A stretch of 64,000 nt of DNA from positions 30,628,001 to 30,692,000 of the forward strand of contig JAQFVV010000002.1 of NCBI GenBank assembly GCA_028023455.1, in the 5' to 3' direction. Position numbers and translations under genes: made by a program. Position 1 is the first letter of the stretch. Each line of letters starts with the position of its first letter. Positions 50,380 through 62,739 of this stretch are shown in pieces. Below the pieces are notes generated by a model that was not told where the DNA came from, ran no database searches, and was given only the letters and a program-made list of their open reading frames with translations. The stretch comes from Epiperipatus broadwayi. Its lineage: Eukaryota > Animalia > Onychophora.

Positions 50380-52600
50380 GTCTGATTGTAACTCTCCAGT
50401 GTCTTTTATCTTTAGCAATGTCTTTCTACGGAAACGCTGAAAATTATAGGTTATTAAATCTTCATGATTAAAATGGGATCTACCTCTTCCACAAAAACTA
50501 TACCCAAGTTCATTATAATTGTTTTTTTTAAATAAATCTTATATTTCACAAATCCAATTCAATGAAAATGTGCTTTCATAATAATCAATTTTGTAGTATC
50601 ACATCGAGCAAGTTGAAGGACATCTTGATTTTACCATCTTATTTGTTCTTAGAATTTTAGGGATAATTCTTTAATGAAATTTTTCTAATACCTTTATGTT
50701 AGTTTAGGGAATTCAAGTTTTACTTCCATACAATAGGTGAGATAAAATTGAAACTCTATATACAACTAGTTTAGTTTTAGTCCTTATCCTATTCTGATGA
50801 AATAACCAATCTTTTAACTTGTCAGCAGCAGTCCACTGGTGTCTATATAGTCCACTGGGTTCTGTACAGCCTACTGGGGTCTGTGCAGCATCTTAAAAAG
50901 CTGCTATTTAAATTGGTTCACATTCTCGAATTTAATAATTATCCAAGGTACAAGTTGCCGAAGATTATATTTCATCATTGACTGATAAAGGACTTATTGC
51001 TAACCAAAGTTTTGATATGTTCATTCAAAACATTAGGTACATTCTGTAGATCATTTCTTGAATTGGCAAGGATAGGACAATTACTAGCATACTATAAATC
51101 CTGAAGTCACGAAGAAGTTCTTGTTTGCCTTTCAATGGATTGAAATTAAAAATTCCATCATCAAATCTGTATTATTTCTTGGTTTCTGATTCATTAAACC
51201 ATGTATAAATAGTTCCAAAGACTACTGTCATAAAGACTGGAAACAGTACTGGAGCAGGTGTTAACGTTTGTTTAACACAAGTTTTTATTTCAGATGCTTT
51301 TGAATTTCCACTTTTGGTAATAACACCCTGATTTTATCATATAGAAACTGTACAATATGATTAAATTTTGGTAGACAACCAATTAATTTTAAACAATGCT
51401 ATATATTTGTTAATTCATTGTGTCAAATGCCTTGACTGGTAACAAAAACCATAATGCTTTTTGATTCCCTAATTACCATACTGAATTTCTGGTGATCTTC
51501 CAAGATAATTATTGTATTTTTCCCTTTATATTTAGATATAAAAAGAATAGAATCATTCCTAAGATCAAGCAGTTCTGTCATGTATTTCTAAAAATTTCCA
51601 TATCACCACCATATTTTAAAACTTCCCCAAGTATCTCATCAGAACTTGTAGCCTTTCCAATTTTAAGATTATAAATAGATGTTTTAACTTCATTAAGCTG
51701 GATATCTTTGTCCAAATCTGAATGGATAAAAATGGATATATCATTAAAGGTCATTATCTCAATTCTTATCCTCATTCAAAAGACAATCAAAATATTTCTT
51801 TCATCTATTCAAAATATCATTGTCATCATATAAGAAACTGCCATTGCTGAATTTAATAGGGTTATGACTGGTTTTTAGGTCCACATATTGCTTTCATTGC
51901 ATAAAAAAAAAAAAAAATCTAGAAAAACTATGATCAATGAATGCGCATCTTTTTTGCTGTTTTAATCTACTACTCGTTTTTGTAAAGCCTTTTTGTCAGT
52001 CGTTGAATTCCTACCCTTAAATCCATTTATTCTTTATGAAATTCCATACTCAGTTTATTATTCAATCAAGAATAAAATGTCACATATTTCTTTTAAATAA
52101 CTAACAATGTGATGATTATCGGAGAACCAATCAGTTATAATTCTTCCTTTTAGTGAGATATTCTTGCTTCCCTAACAAACTCATTAAGAGGATTCCATGT
52201 CTCAATGAAATTCCTGAAAATCCAAATTAGCAATTGTTGAAAATGTAGCACTTAATAGTAGATCTTTTAAAACATGAATATCAATTTTCTTATGAATATG
52301 ATCGGAATAAGACCTATTTACTAATGCAACTATCATTTAAATCTTGAAAGTGAACTAATTAATGACTTGTCCAACAGTATCTACTCGTAAGTGCACCGAT
52401 AATATGAATTTCTCTGTAGTTTTGATTCCTAACTATAGTGTAATTTATTAAGTCATTGTTTTGAACATGGGTCCTTTATAACAATTTTTTTGCCTAAACA
52501 AATTGTTTGTGGTAGTCAATCCATATATTGTGCAAGGATTCAATGACTGCGGACCATTTGAGCTTACAGCAATAATATCTTTATTTCAATAATTTTTGGC
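50380..52600 (-). mobile_element. Decayed RTE/BovB-like LINE body
   Basis: EVKTSIYNLKIGKATSSDEILGEVLKYGG (RT N-terminal region) and VKQTLTPAPVLF (RT motif). Confidence 0.65.
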
Positions 52601-53416
52601 CAAAGTACTCATTATGCATTAAGTTTCCAAGAAGAAAAATAGTGATATTATTTCAATATATTATTAATTTTGATAATTTTTAACCAATAAATTATGAACT
52701 TTTAATTTAAATTAAGGGAAAATACATATTAAAAAGCACACCATATAGTAGACACTTTCTCCATTCTGACGATAAACAGCCAGTTTGTCATGTTATTCTC
52801 AATTTAATAGTAATTCTAGATTTAAAACACTTCAAATGTGTTGTATTCTAGATTTAAAACACTTCAAATGTGTTGTATAATAATATACATATATATAATT
52901 AAGTAAAATATGTAACTATATATATTTTTTTTATTAAGTCTTAGTAAGGAATGGATTCAAAATTATTTTTCTAAAGAGGCTTACATAACAAAAAGTAAAA
53001 TGGCCATACGCTAGCAGTCTTCAAGATTTATCATTTTTAATGTATATTTAGTATTACATAAAAGTCATTGGAAAATTAAATGGTTAATATCAAATTACTT
53101 TATAGCCAAATTATTTAATTTTGTTTAAATTAAAATTTAATCTAATATTTTCTGTTAAGAATAATCGTAATCAATTTTCAAATATAAACTTTCAAAACGA
53201 AATGCCATTTGAAAGGATCTGAAAGTCCTTTGAAGTTTTTTTTTTTGTGTGTGAAAAGTTGATTTAAAAGTATATGTAAGTAGCATAATACGATGTTGTC
53301 TTAAAGTTTTTATAAGACCCGTACCAACATTAAATAGTGTTATCTCAAAATCATCATCCTCATGATTGATAGCCACTATCCTAACTCAAGAAATAAAATG
53401 ATATAAGAAGACAAAA

Positions 53417-53433
53417 AGAGAGAGAGAGAGAGC

Positions 53434-53464
<31 letters not shown>

Positions 53465-53528
53465 AGAGGGAGAGGGGAAGAGGGAGGGGGAGAGGGAGGG
53501 GGAGGGGGAGAGGGAAAGAGAGAGAGAG
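53417..53528 (+). repeat. GA/GGGA purine microsatellite
   Basis: (GA)n grading into runs of G3-G5. Confidence 0.9.
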
Positions 53529-53842
53529 TTTTAAAATAATTATACAATTTAGTTTATTCTAATTCATCATTATACTAGTCACCTGATTATTTGATATCTT
53601 GTGATACTGTCTTTTAATTTCTTTTGCAATATTTTTTTTTTACTCGATTTCAATGCCTTATTTAATTGCAACTCTACACACTTTAATGGACGTGTTTCAA
53701 TCCTCTCTACTCTCTAACTCTTCAGCCATCCATACCACTGAAAGGTTGATGATGGACTGCTCAAAGCCCTTGTTGATGCCAATATTATAGGCATACCCAT
53801 GTTGACCTTAAGTTAATTTGACCTCTCATATGTAGGACTTAA

Positions 53843-54014
53843 ACCACTAAACATCACATGATCACTATCATGGCCACAAGCTAGAAACTAGTCTGGGGAT
53901 ATTGGATGAGTAGGCACTAGATAGGGATTTTATGCACAAGCCTTCTGGCATCCATTGATTACTCTGATTGGCACAGGGTGGCACTATTGTATGGAGAGAG
54001 TTTTGCCTTGTTTA
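53843..54014. mobile_element. Family A short insertion with inverted 3' end and 5'-truncated hammerhead
   Basis: 13-bp TSD ATGTAGGACTTAA at 53830-53842 and 54015-54027. Confidence 0.85.
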
Positions 54015-54739
54015 ATGTAGGACTTAATATGTTCATTTAAATACACAGAAGAGGGATGGCAGAATACACACTGATTATAATATTGAACTATAAATATAAT
54101 GTATATACTTAACCTGGGATTTGAACCCAGAAGCTTAAAAGTCTGGGTTCAAATACTCTTTAACTACATCTAGATTAAGTATATACATTATATTTGTATT
54201 TCAATATTGTAATTTTAGAATATTATGAAGTATTAAATGAAATTTTTCCAATATTTTTATGCTATGACAATAACTGGTCCATGTTCAACTTTTTTTCAAT
54301 TAATATGGCAGAAAACACAGGCCTATATATAACTAATTTTGTTGAAGTAATTATATTACCGCGATGAAGTAGTCTGACTTTTAACTTGTTTTTTTAGCAG
54401 CATTCCAAGATATTGAAATCAGTTCACATTTTCAAGCTAAGAACCATTGAAAGTAAATCTCAATGAAGATTTTTCCTTCAATCCTTCAATGCTGACTAAT
54501 AAAGTTAGCTGGTTTATTGAACATTTATTATTAAAGCTATATCTTTATAGGTTGCATTTAAAATGTTAGTATATTACGTCAATCATCCTTAATTGGCAAT
54601 AGTAGTGTAGTCGTCAACATACTGAAATGTAGAAACCAAGAAAATAAAGTACTTGTTTTTGTTTTCAAAATACAAACTCTGCTGCCATATTTACATTGCA
54701 TCTTATTTTCTGCTTCATTCAGCTGCCTAAAAAAAGTTG

Positions 54740-55050
54740 TAAAGATCTCTAATAAACTAAAGATCAGCCTTTCAAGCTAACGTACATGCACTTTTTATGA
54801 ATATTAATACTAATAAATGAATACTTTCACTTCCAACACAAGATAAAGTCTTTTCGAAAGAATAGAATGAATCCATCTATTCTTTCAACCCAAATGCTTA
54901 TATATGGGCAAATCTTAAGCACTGGAAATGAAAGCGTGAGGATAAACCATTCACTTTAAATTACTTTTTACTATGTCTGAATGAATGACGCCCATGAAAT
55001 TATCTAGAATTTACGAAACGTCATTTTTAAATGAAACTAAACAAAGTTAA
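54740..55050 (-). mobile_element. Family B copy (single orientation)
   Basis: Homologous to the copies at 1564-2094 and 60545-61026. Confidence 0.75.
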
Positions 55051-55924
55051 TATATATCTGTGTTTAACATCACTTTTTATTTTAAATACCTCTGATTAGA
55101 ACTACCATCAGAAATAATGTTTTCTGCCATATCGTCTACACACTGTACAATATGAATAGACTACCACAAATATTTTTATTTAACTGAGTCATATATTTTG
55201 ACCGTATTGTTAAAAGCAATATATAAATCATACTTTCACTTATGATATTTTCATTTTTGTCGTTTTCTGCTATCAAAGATCATGTCTATCGTGTTTTTGA
55301 TTCTCTTAAAATATTCTGAATGATCTATCTTATTCTAAAGTAATTATTGCAATCTTTTTTTAACTTCTCTATTTTACTAATTGGACGATAGAAGCATTCA
55401 TAAGATTGGGGGGTGGGGATGCATGAAGAATTTCAATAGTTTTGAAGCATCATGCATGATCTTATTTTAAAATTTCTTTAGGTACTTGCCAATTCCGCAG
55501 CCATTTTGTTTTTACGATTAGTTTGGGCTGTTTTATCTTAATCTAATGAATGTCTCTGACCATATTGAAATAAGCTGGACAGATGGATATATTGTTAAAA
55601 GCAAACATCCGAATTCGTATATTGTTATTTAGGTACCATCAAAATATTCTCTTCGCTTATTTGAAATATCATCATTATCATATAAAAGAAACCTCTCTAT
55701 TGGTTTAATAGGATTGTATATAATTTTTTGAGTCATTAATTACATTGATCATATCAACAAAAAGACTAAAGGGCTCATGAGTAGTATATTATTGTTTATC
55801 CTTTGCATTGTTAATCCATCAATCATTCTTGTTTTTTTTTTTCAGTCACTGAACATCTGCTTTTAAATCCCTGTATTGTTATTATAAATATTGTTATAAT
55901 ATTGGGTTTCTAACATCATTGAAA

Positions 55925-56500
55925 GAAAAGATTGAAGTGGAGTTGGGCTGGACATATTGCTATAAGACATAGTAATAGATGGACAGTTGACATCTTAAAT
56001 CAAATTCCAAAGAGATTGCAAACAATCTAGAGACCACATGTGAGATGGAGATGAAATAAGGATGTGTGATGGGGTGATGTGGAAAAGAGAGGTTTGTGAT
56101 AGAAGGAGATGGACTGAACTTGGAGAGACCTTCATCCTGCAGTGGTTTGCTGATGATTGTTATAAAGAAAATATTGAAAATGAAATACGTTAGTGAGAGA
56201 CCAATCAAATGTCAGTGATGTCATCAAAAGAATCTGGAGATTGAAATGGAGCTGGGATAGGCATATTGTTAAAAAAGATACTAATAGATGGACATTTGAA
56301 AAGTTTTAAATTGTATTCTGAAACAAGTCCTAGAAGAAAATGATAGGTGAGATGGATGAATGAAATAAGGATGTTGGCTGGTATGATGTGAAAAATGAAG
56401 CTATAGATGGAAGAAACTGAATTAAATTTGGATGGACCTTCAACTTGCAATAGATTAGTAATGGTTGAAAAGGATGGTGATGATGATTGTGAAGCTTTTT
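55925..56500 (+). mobile_element. Two adjacent RTE-clade LINE 3' ends
   Basis: Copies at ~55925-56160 and ~56205-56500, homologous to 7633-7935. Confidence 0.75.
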
Positions 56501-59500
56501 CTCTATATTTTGTGACTAATAAAGTTGTTGTTAGTGAAGTGGTTCGATCTAAGTTTGATCCGAGCTTCATGATATTCCACCCATTGATCTAATTTGAACC
56601 CCATTACTAATTGTAAATATTTCCTGATTCTGTAATGAAATTTTATACCCTTTTCCATATATGTCTGACTTCGGTTAAAAACTGCTCTGTTATTTAAATA
56701 TTTATTAAAACTAATTATGTTATATTTAATTCTATTTATACTGCCAATTATACTATGGTAAACTAATAATAAAATAATGCTCTTTAAAGAGGATTTAGTG
56801 ATTTAATCAGGTGTGTATTGCTTATAAATGGTTAAATATGCGTTAGCATAAGATTTCATTACACTGGAAAGTTTTTTTTATATTTTGCAATTTTGTCAAA
56901 TTTATATGATCAAAAGTTACATTCCTTTGATAAGTTTTAAATCGTCCTTTTTCAAAGACAATGGGGAATCTTTCATAAATTAATTCAAAATGACAAGTTT
57001 AATTTAAGGGCGGTTCTAATTTAAAATCGTTTGTTTAGATTTTACAAATTCATTTTCTAAGTAGAAAATGAATTCAAAATAATGGATTTGAAGGTCTTAT
57101 CGAAGTAATGGATCGATTTTCAATTGGAGAAATTCCTTTTAGTAACAAGACAAAAGCTTTAGCTGTAAGGCATAGAGATCAGAATGGGTGGGAAAATCAC
57201 AGAAAGGAGCATATAAATACCCTGAAAAATTACCTAGAAGCAGCCATTACTTTCAATTTTTAAGAAGAGTTGCCACCGGAAATTATGTCCATTTTAATAT
57301 TGAACCTTAATTGTATTCGCAGTATGGCATGTGGCTAACTTCGGGGATCTGATTGCTGGATCCCGAAGTTCCCCAATAAATCTTCAAATGTTGCTGCTAA
57401 AATAGAACTCTCAAATACCAAATCGTAAGCTGCCTAAAATCCATAATGAAACTAATCTACAAAATGAATTTTATTTGAGTTAACACACACCTACGTTTCT
57501 TCTAAACCTAACCGGACTCTGTGCTCCTAAATCAACAAGCAAGTCACGAAGGACTGGTAATTTTTAATTTTGATTAAACCGCAACTTTCCAATCTATTCA
57601 TGAACTATCTCGCTAATTACATTAAAAGTAATTATTGCCTTAAATCTTGTTTATTCATCTAATTATGCTTAAAATTGTTACACAGTAATTCTCTATGTTG
57701 TTACATCTCTAGTTCTAAATTAATACTTTAATAATTTTCTTTTTCTTCCTATGGCAGTTTATTTTGACTAACTCTTAATTGTATTTGTTTTAATGATTAT
57801 TATCATTTACTTCCGATATAATATGCCAATAATACTCTCAACTCGATAATGTTTTTGTTGAAATTTATCCTAAGAAAATATTTACCATATAAAGTTTTAT
57901 AGCCTATTTCTTGCCTATAAGAACTAAATTAATAATAGTTCTACTAATTATTGGGTTGAAAGATTTATTTAATTATTTGATATAATTTTACCAAGAGCTG
58001 ATATAAATTTTATTAACTTAACTTATAGCTACTCTGCTCGACTAGGTTCATTTAATTTCTAAAAGATTATTCACATGTGTTAATTTGAATTCATTAAGGG
58101 TTTGACGAAGTTTTGTGAGGGAGAGAAATATATTTTCTGAGTTAAGCCTGGTCTTCCAGCATTCGTGTTTGGGGGAAGCATGATATGAAGGGGCATTATT
58201 ATATAATTGGGTTTAGGCGTTTGCCTATCGTAAGTTTGATTTTAATATTATTGACCAAGTCATCATATCAAGCATTTATATTATATAATTTGGGCTTAAA
58301 TTTAATGTTATGACAATTATATTATTTCTGTTCCTAACGTTGCTAGCACAAATGATCTCTTGATTTCTTGGGTTTTGCCATTCTTGTGGTATTATTTTAT
58401 AATTGATTGAAACATAAAACAAATGTTATTTTCTCATTTGTTCATCGCTTGGTTGGAACACCAAAGGTTTGTGGCTAAGTCCCTACCTGGCTTTCCCGTG
58501 TTCCACAACTATTCGCATGGCCAAAAGGTACTTGTTGAAACAAGTAGCCATTGATCTTCTTGAATCTTCGACAAAACCATTCACTTCATACTCATTCAAA
58601 TGTTCATAACGTGTTAGTACCGTTTTCATTGCTGAATTCAAGTAATGGCCCACATTTTGCTTTGTAATTTGTGACAAATTGATTCCTTTTAAAATCAACT
58701 TATTTTACATTTCTATGCAAGTCTAAATAATCGTACTTTGCCAAGTGCTTAATTGAAATCATACTTTTGTATTTCTCATGCTTTCCATAAACTGATTTAT
58801 AGAGTATTGGAAGACAAATTTCGCTTCCTTTTTAATAAATTAGAAACGTATTTTCGTTTTATATAAATATCAAAGTAATAGTCAACATACATAACTCATT
58901 TGACATATATGCTATACATATTTTAATCACACATCTGTTTTGTCGGAGCATAGGTTAGATATATATATATATACCTATACCTTAGGTACTTATGCATCAA
59001 TTATTGGCATATATAAAAGAAAAACCACCATTAGCTTTGTATATTGTAATTTCATGTTTTAAGACTAGAGATAATTTATGCAAATCATCATCATCATTTA
59101 TATAATCATTGCTTGTATTAAATATTATATATTATACTTGGTGTCTGACCCATCATTATTTATTTATTAGATTAAGTATTAATGTTTACTGTTATTTTGG
59201 CAACCCAAATATATATGTATTGACTTATTCAGAGATATCCGTAAATAGTTCTATCCTGCATTATTTTAGAATCAGTTAACTAGTCTCATTAGTAATCATA
59301 TCCATTGAGCTAGTTTGTGGCGCATATTATCATTGTACGGCCATTATAGGTCATACTTTGGGTGTTTGATCTAGGATCTTGGGATGGAGGAATCCAAACT
59401 GGTCTCGAATCAAATCAAGATCAGGATGGCTCGAAGTTCTTCTATGATCTAAGGTTGTGTTGGAGGTAGGACATATTGAGCGGTACATTAGAAAATTGGG

Positions 59501-60544
59501 ATTTATTCTGTATGGGAACTCAAAGATGGATTTTCACCTATCCATATTGCATTCCTTAAGAGCGTCCTTTAATTCTGCTAATATAGCATGCTTGAAAATC
59601 GAAATGAGTGTTTTTAATGTTTACTTGCTGTTGAAATTTGACATGTGTGGGCATTTTCTTCTAAGAATCAGTATCAATCTGGGTGTGAGGTAGAGCTTTT
59701 TTTAAATGGGGCTATCATTTTTGCCGAATACTAATCTATAATCTACCTTACAAGTGGGTCATATGATAACATCTGGCACATTTTGATTCCAGTCTTGAAC
59801 GCGAAAGCATTCACTTTCCTTTATGGAAAATTTTTTGTCCAAACAAAATATTTGGGTTAATCAATTTGTGTGTTTGTATAAAAATTTTCAATTTTATAGC
59901 ATCCAATTCACGTTCATGAAGCTATGTGTTTGGGTAAAAATTCAATAACAGCAAATCGTTCATATTTACAGAACCAATTCTATTATTTCAGTAAATGTAC
60001 CCCATTGGTTTATTTTTGCAATTGTTTGATGCAATAAGATGAACCAACCAGAAATAACATCGTTCTTCTTCTGAATTTAACATCAATGACTAAACATTGA
60101 TAAAATGGATAAAGGTGTAAGTAGTTTTTCTTTACACATTCAAATTACATGAATTAAAGAAAACCAAATTAAATCGTTCAGCTAATCCAATCTCACGTAG
60201 CCTTCTTCCCACTTGATGGAAAAAATATACAACTTTTACAGAAAAATTTGTCCTCTGATGCGAGTAAGCTTTCTCTCTTTGGAAGATAAGTTTCACTAAA
60301 TGTTTGTCTGAAAGTTTATAATTACATATTGGACCATTTTCATTACCTCAAATTAATTGTTAAATGTTTTTTAGAAAAATTTAAACTTTATATTAACTTA
60401 TACTATTAGAATAGTATATGGTTAGTATTTAACGCAAAGTTTAATGGAATATTATGCCTTTTTTTAGGTGTTCATCATCTTATCAATGACGTACTAGCAT
60501 AGGAATAAAACCTGGGATCTTTAGATTTATAATACTGAATTTAA

Positions 60545-61026
60545 ATAAGCATTTATTTTATATAGCGTATGTTTACAATTGTATTACATTCAAATATCAG
60601 CCTTTCAAGCTAATTGTGCATACACTTTTGCGAGTGTTAATAATAATAATAAATGAATACTTTCTCTTCAATACAAGATATAGTATTTATGCAGGAATAA
60701 AATGAATCACTTATTCCAACGACTCAAATGCTTATGTATGATTAAGTTTCAGTTAGAATGACGTTTAGTAAATTCTAGACAATTTCACCGACATCATTCA
60801 CTCAGACATCGTATATAGTAATTTAAAGTGACTGTTCCATCCTCACGCTTTCCTTGCCAGTACTTCAGATTTGCTCATATATAAGCATTTGAGTCGTAGG
60901 AATAAGTGATTCATTTTATTCCTGCATAAGTACTATATCTTGTATTGGAGAGAAAGTATTCATTTATTATTATTAACACTCGCAAACGCATATGCACAAT
61001 TAGCTTGAAAGGCTCATATTTGAATG
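60545..61026. mobile_element. Family B fold-back insertion (diverged subfamily)
   Basis: Flanking direct repeat TAATACTGAATTTAA at 60530-60544 and 61027-61041. Confidence 0.8.
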
Positions 61027-61454
61027 TAATACTGAATTTAAGAAACTTTAGATTCATATATATTGAATTTAAAATGATGTTTTAACTAATCAAGTCTTTG
61101 ACAGAATAGCCTAATTGATTAAAATATCACCTTAAATTCAATATTCATGAATTTTTTTAAGTCCTAGATTTACTTCTCATGCTAATATCATGGCCGATAT
61201 TATTTTAAACATTGTGTTATGTAGTAATCTATATGCTATTACTAACAGTTGAAAGTGTTTAAAAAAGTTAAATTATACTTGGAATTTTTCTAAAGACATT
61301 TAACAATAAATATTAAATGGTGCAAATAGTTCAGCATATAATTATAAGTTTCACTAAGATTATTATATAACAATATTACATCTTGATAACTTGTTAAGAC
61401 TAACTCTATCCTGCATTCCAAAGACTTCTTAGCAAGCAGGGTGTGCTTTGTATA

Positions 61455-62700
61455 TACACTAGCGTCTCTTTTTATGCAGTAGATAGGTTCCTTAGAAAAC
61501 CTGCATTAAAAAAAATCGCACAAAAATAGACTTAACTTATATTGAAAAATGTGGGATACATTCTGTAATTTTCAAAAATCGCATAAAACCAAAGCAAGAA
61601 GGTAAAATTATTTTAAAATTCGCATAAAAAATAAGGAAATAAAATATGTCTAATAAAAAATTTCAAATATTTGAAAAAAATTGATACAAGACAAACTTTT
61701 TTTATTAATTATTTAATTTTATTCAAAACAATATATTTTGGTGTGTAATTTATTTTACATTTTTTCATACATATTTTAATCATTATTGTATTTGACAATA
61801 TGCGGTTCGTTTGTGAACTAGTAAGATATCAGATTCGTCACAAGAGGAAATACAATTAGTGCCAACTTCAGTCTCTTGCTGTATTAATGGTTTTCTGTTG
61901 ACAATGTAATCGGTAATTAAACTTTGAGATGATGATTTTATTAATTGTTTATGAAGCTCACAATATCCAGACTGTTATGTCTAGCTGTTAGAGAAGGCAC
62001 TTCCACGAATGCAACTATATACATATAACACTTCCACGAATGTGTTAATAATGACTAACGGTTAAATTTTCTTTTATACACATATATACATGGAGAAACT
62101 TTTAGACAGAAAAAAGTTACAAGTAAAAATATTTAAGAACTTTTAAAGATACATTCTTTTTAAGTAGAAATTAAAAGTTATTAAATATTTGTACTTGTAA
62201 CTTTTTTCTGTCTAAAAGTTTCTCCACGTACAGTATATATGTGTATAAAAGAAAATATAAACATACACATACATAACACAGACTTACAACTATTTGGCTC
62301 TCATTGGAATTTAAAAACTGGTTCATAATTAGTGTCATTAACAAGAAAATGATTTTGCAATTGATTAGAAAGTTGAAGACTTTCTTGAATCATTTTTGTT
62401 GTGAAACAAACAGGTTCCACTTCTGTTTCATTATCTTTTTCTAAATCTTCTACGGTATCTAAATTTACTGTCAAACCTTTTTCCAACAGGCATTTAAAGT
62501 ATGTAAAATTTGATGCATGTATATAAAACTGGGAAATCTCGATTTTAGGTAAAGTATGAACTTCTTTATCGCATAAAAGAAAACCACATAAAAAGATATT
62601 AAGAAGAAACGTGAATGGCATAACTTCAAAATTGCATTAAAAAAATTCACCAAAAAGAGACCCAGGTGTACTTGTATTTAGGAAAAAAATTAATACAAAC
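61455..62700. mobile_element. pogo/Tigger-like DNA transposon remnants
   Basis: Minus strand EDLEKDNETEVEPVCFTTKMIQESLQLSNQLQNHFLVNDTNYEPVFKFQ resembles a Tigger transposase C-terminus. The terminal block 61455-61830 recurs at 63590-63990. Confidence 0.45.
62065..62257. repeat. Short fold-back (arms ~70 bp)
   Basis: GGAGAAACTTTTAGACAGAAAAAAGTTACAAGT and its inverted complement. Confidence 0.8.
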
Positions 62701-62739
62701 TTATTGTTGATATATCAGTTGTTTTTATTGATTAAACCA

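Noticed and set aside
54976-55015. Opposite-orientation family B motif CTGAATGA-ATG-ACGCC-CAT-GAAATT-ATC
   Set aside because: Extra core nucleotide, no stem I pairing, and stem II is not conserved in other copies.
60415-60500. Candidate next TDP1 exon (T ATA TGG TTA = IWL)
   Set aside because: No polypyrimidine tract, the following residues do not resemble SPLxP, and the frame ends in a stop. The next exon is presumably beyond the window.
61780-61823. Helitron-like 3' end (CTAGT)
   Set aside because: No convincing subterminal GC hairpin and no matching 5' TC boundary; the block looks more like a pogo/Tigger-type end.
655-62653. Most ORF-track ORFs as genes
   Set aside because: They are short, low-complexity AT-rich frames or antisense readings of repeats; several occur twice because they lie in LTRs or fold-back arms.
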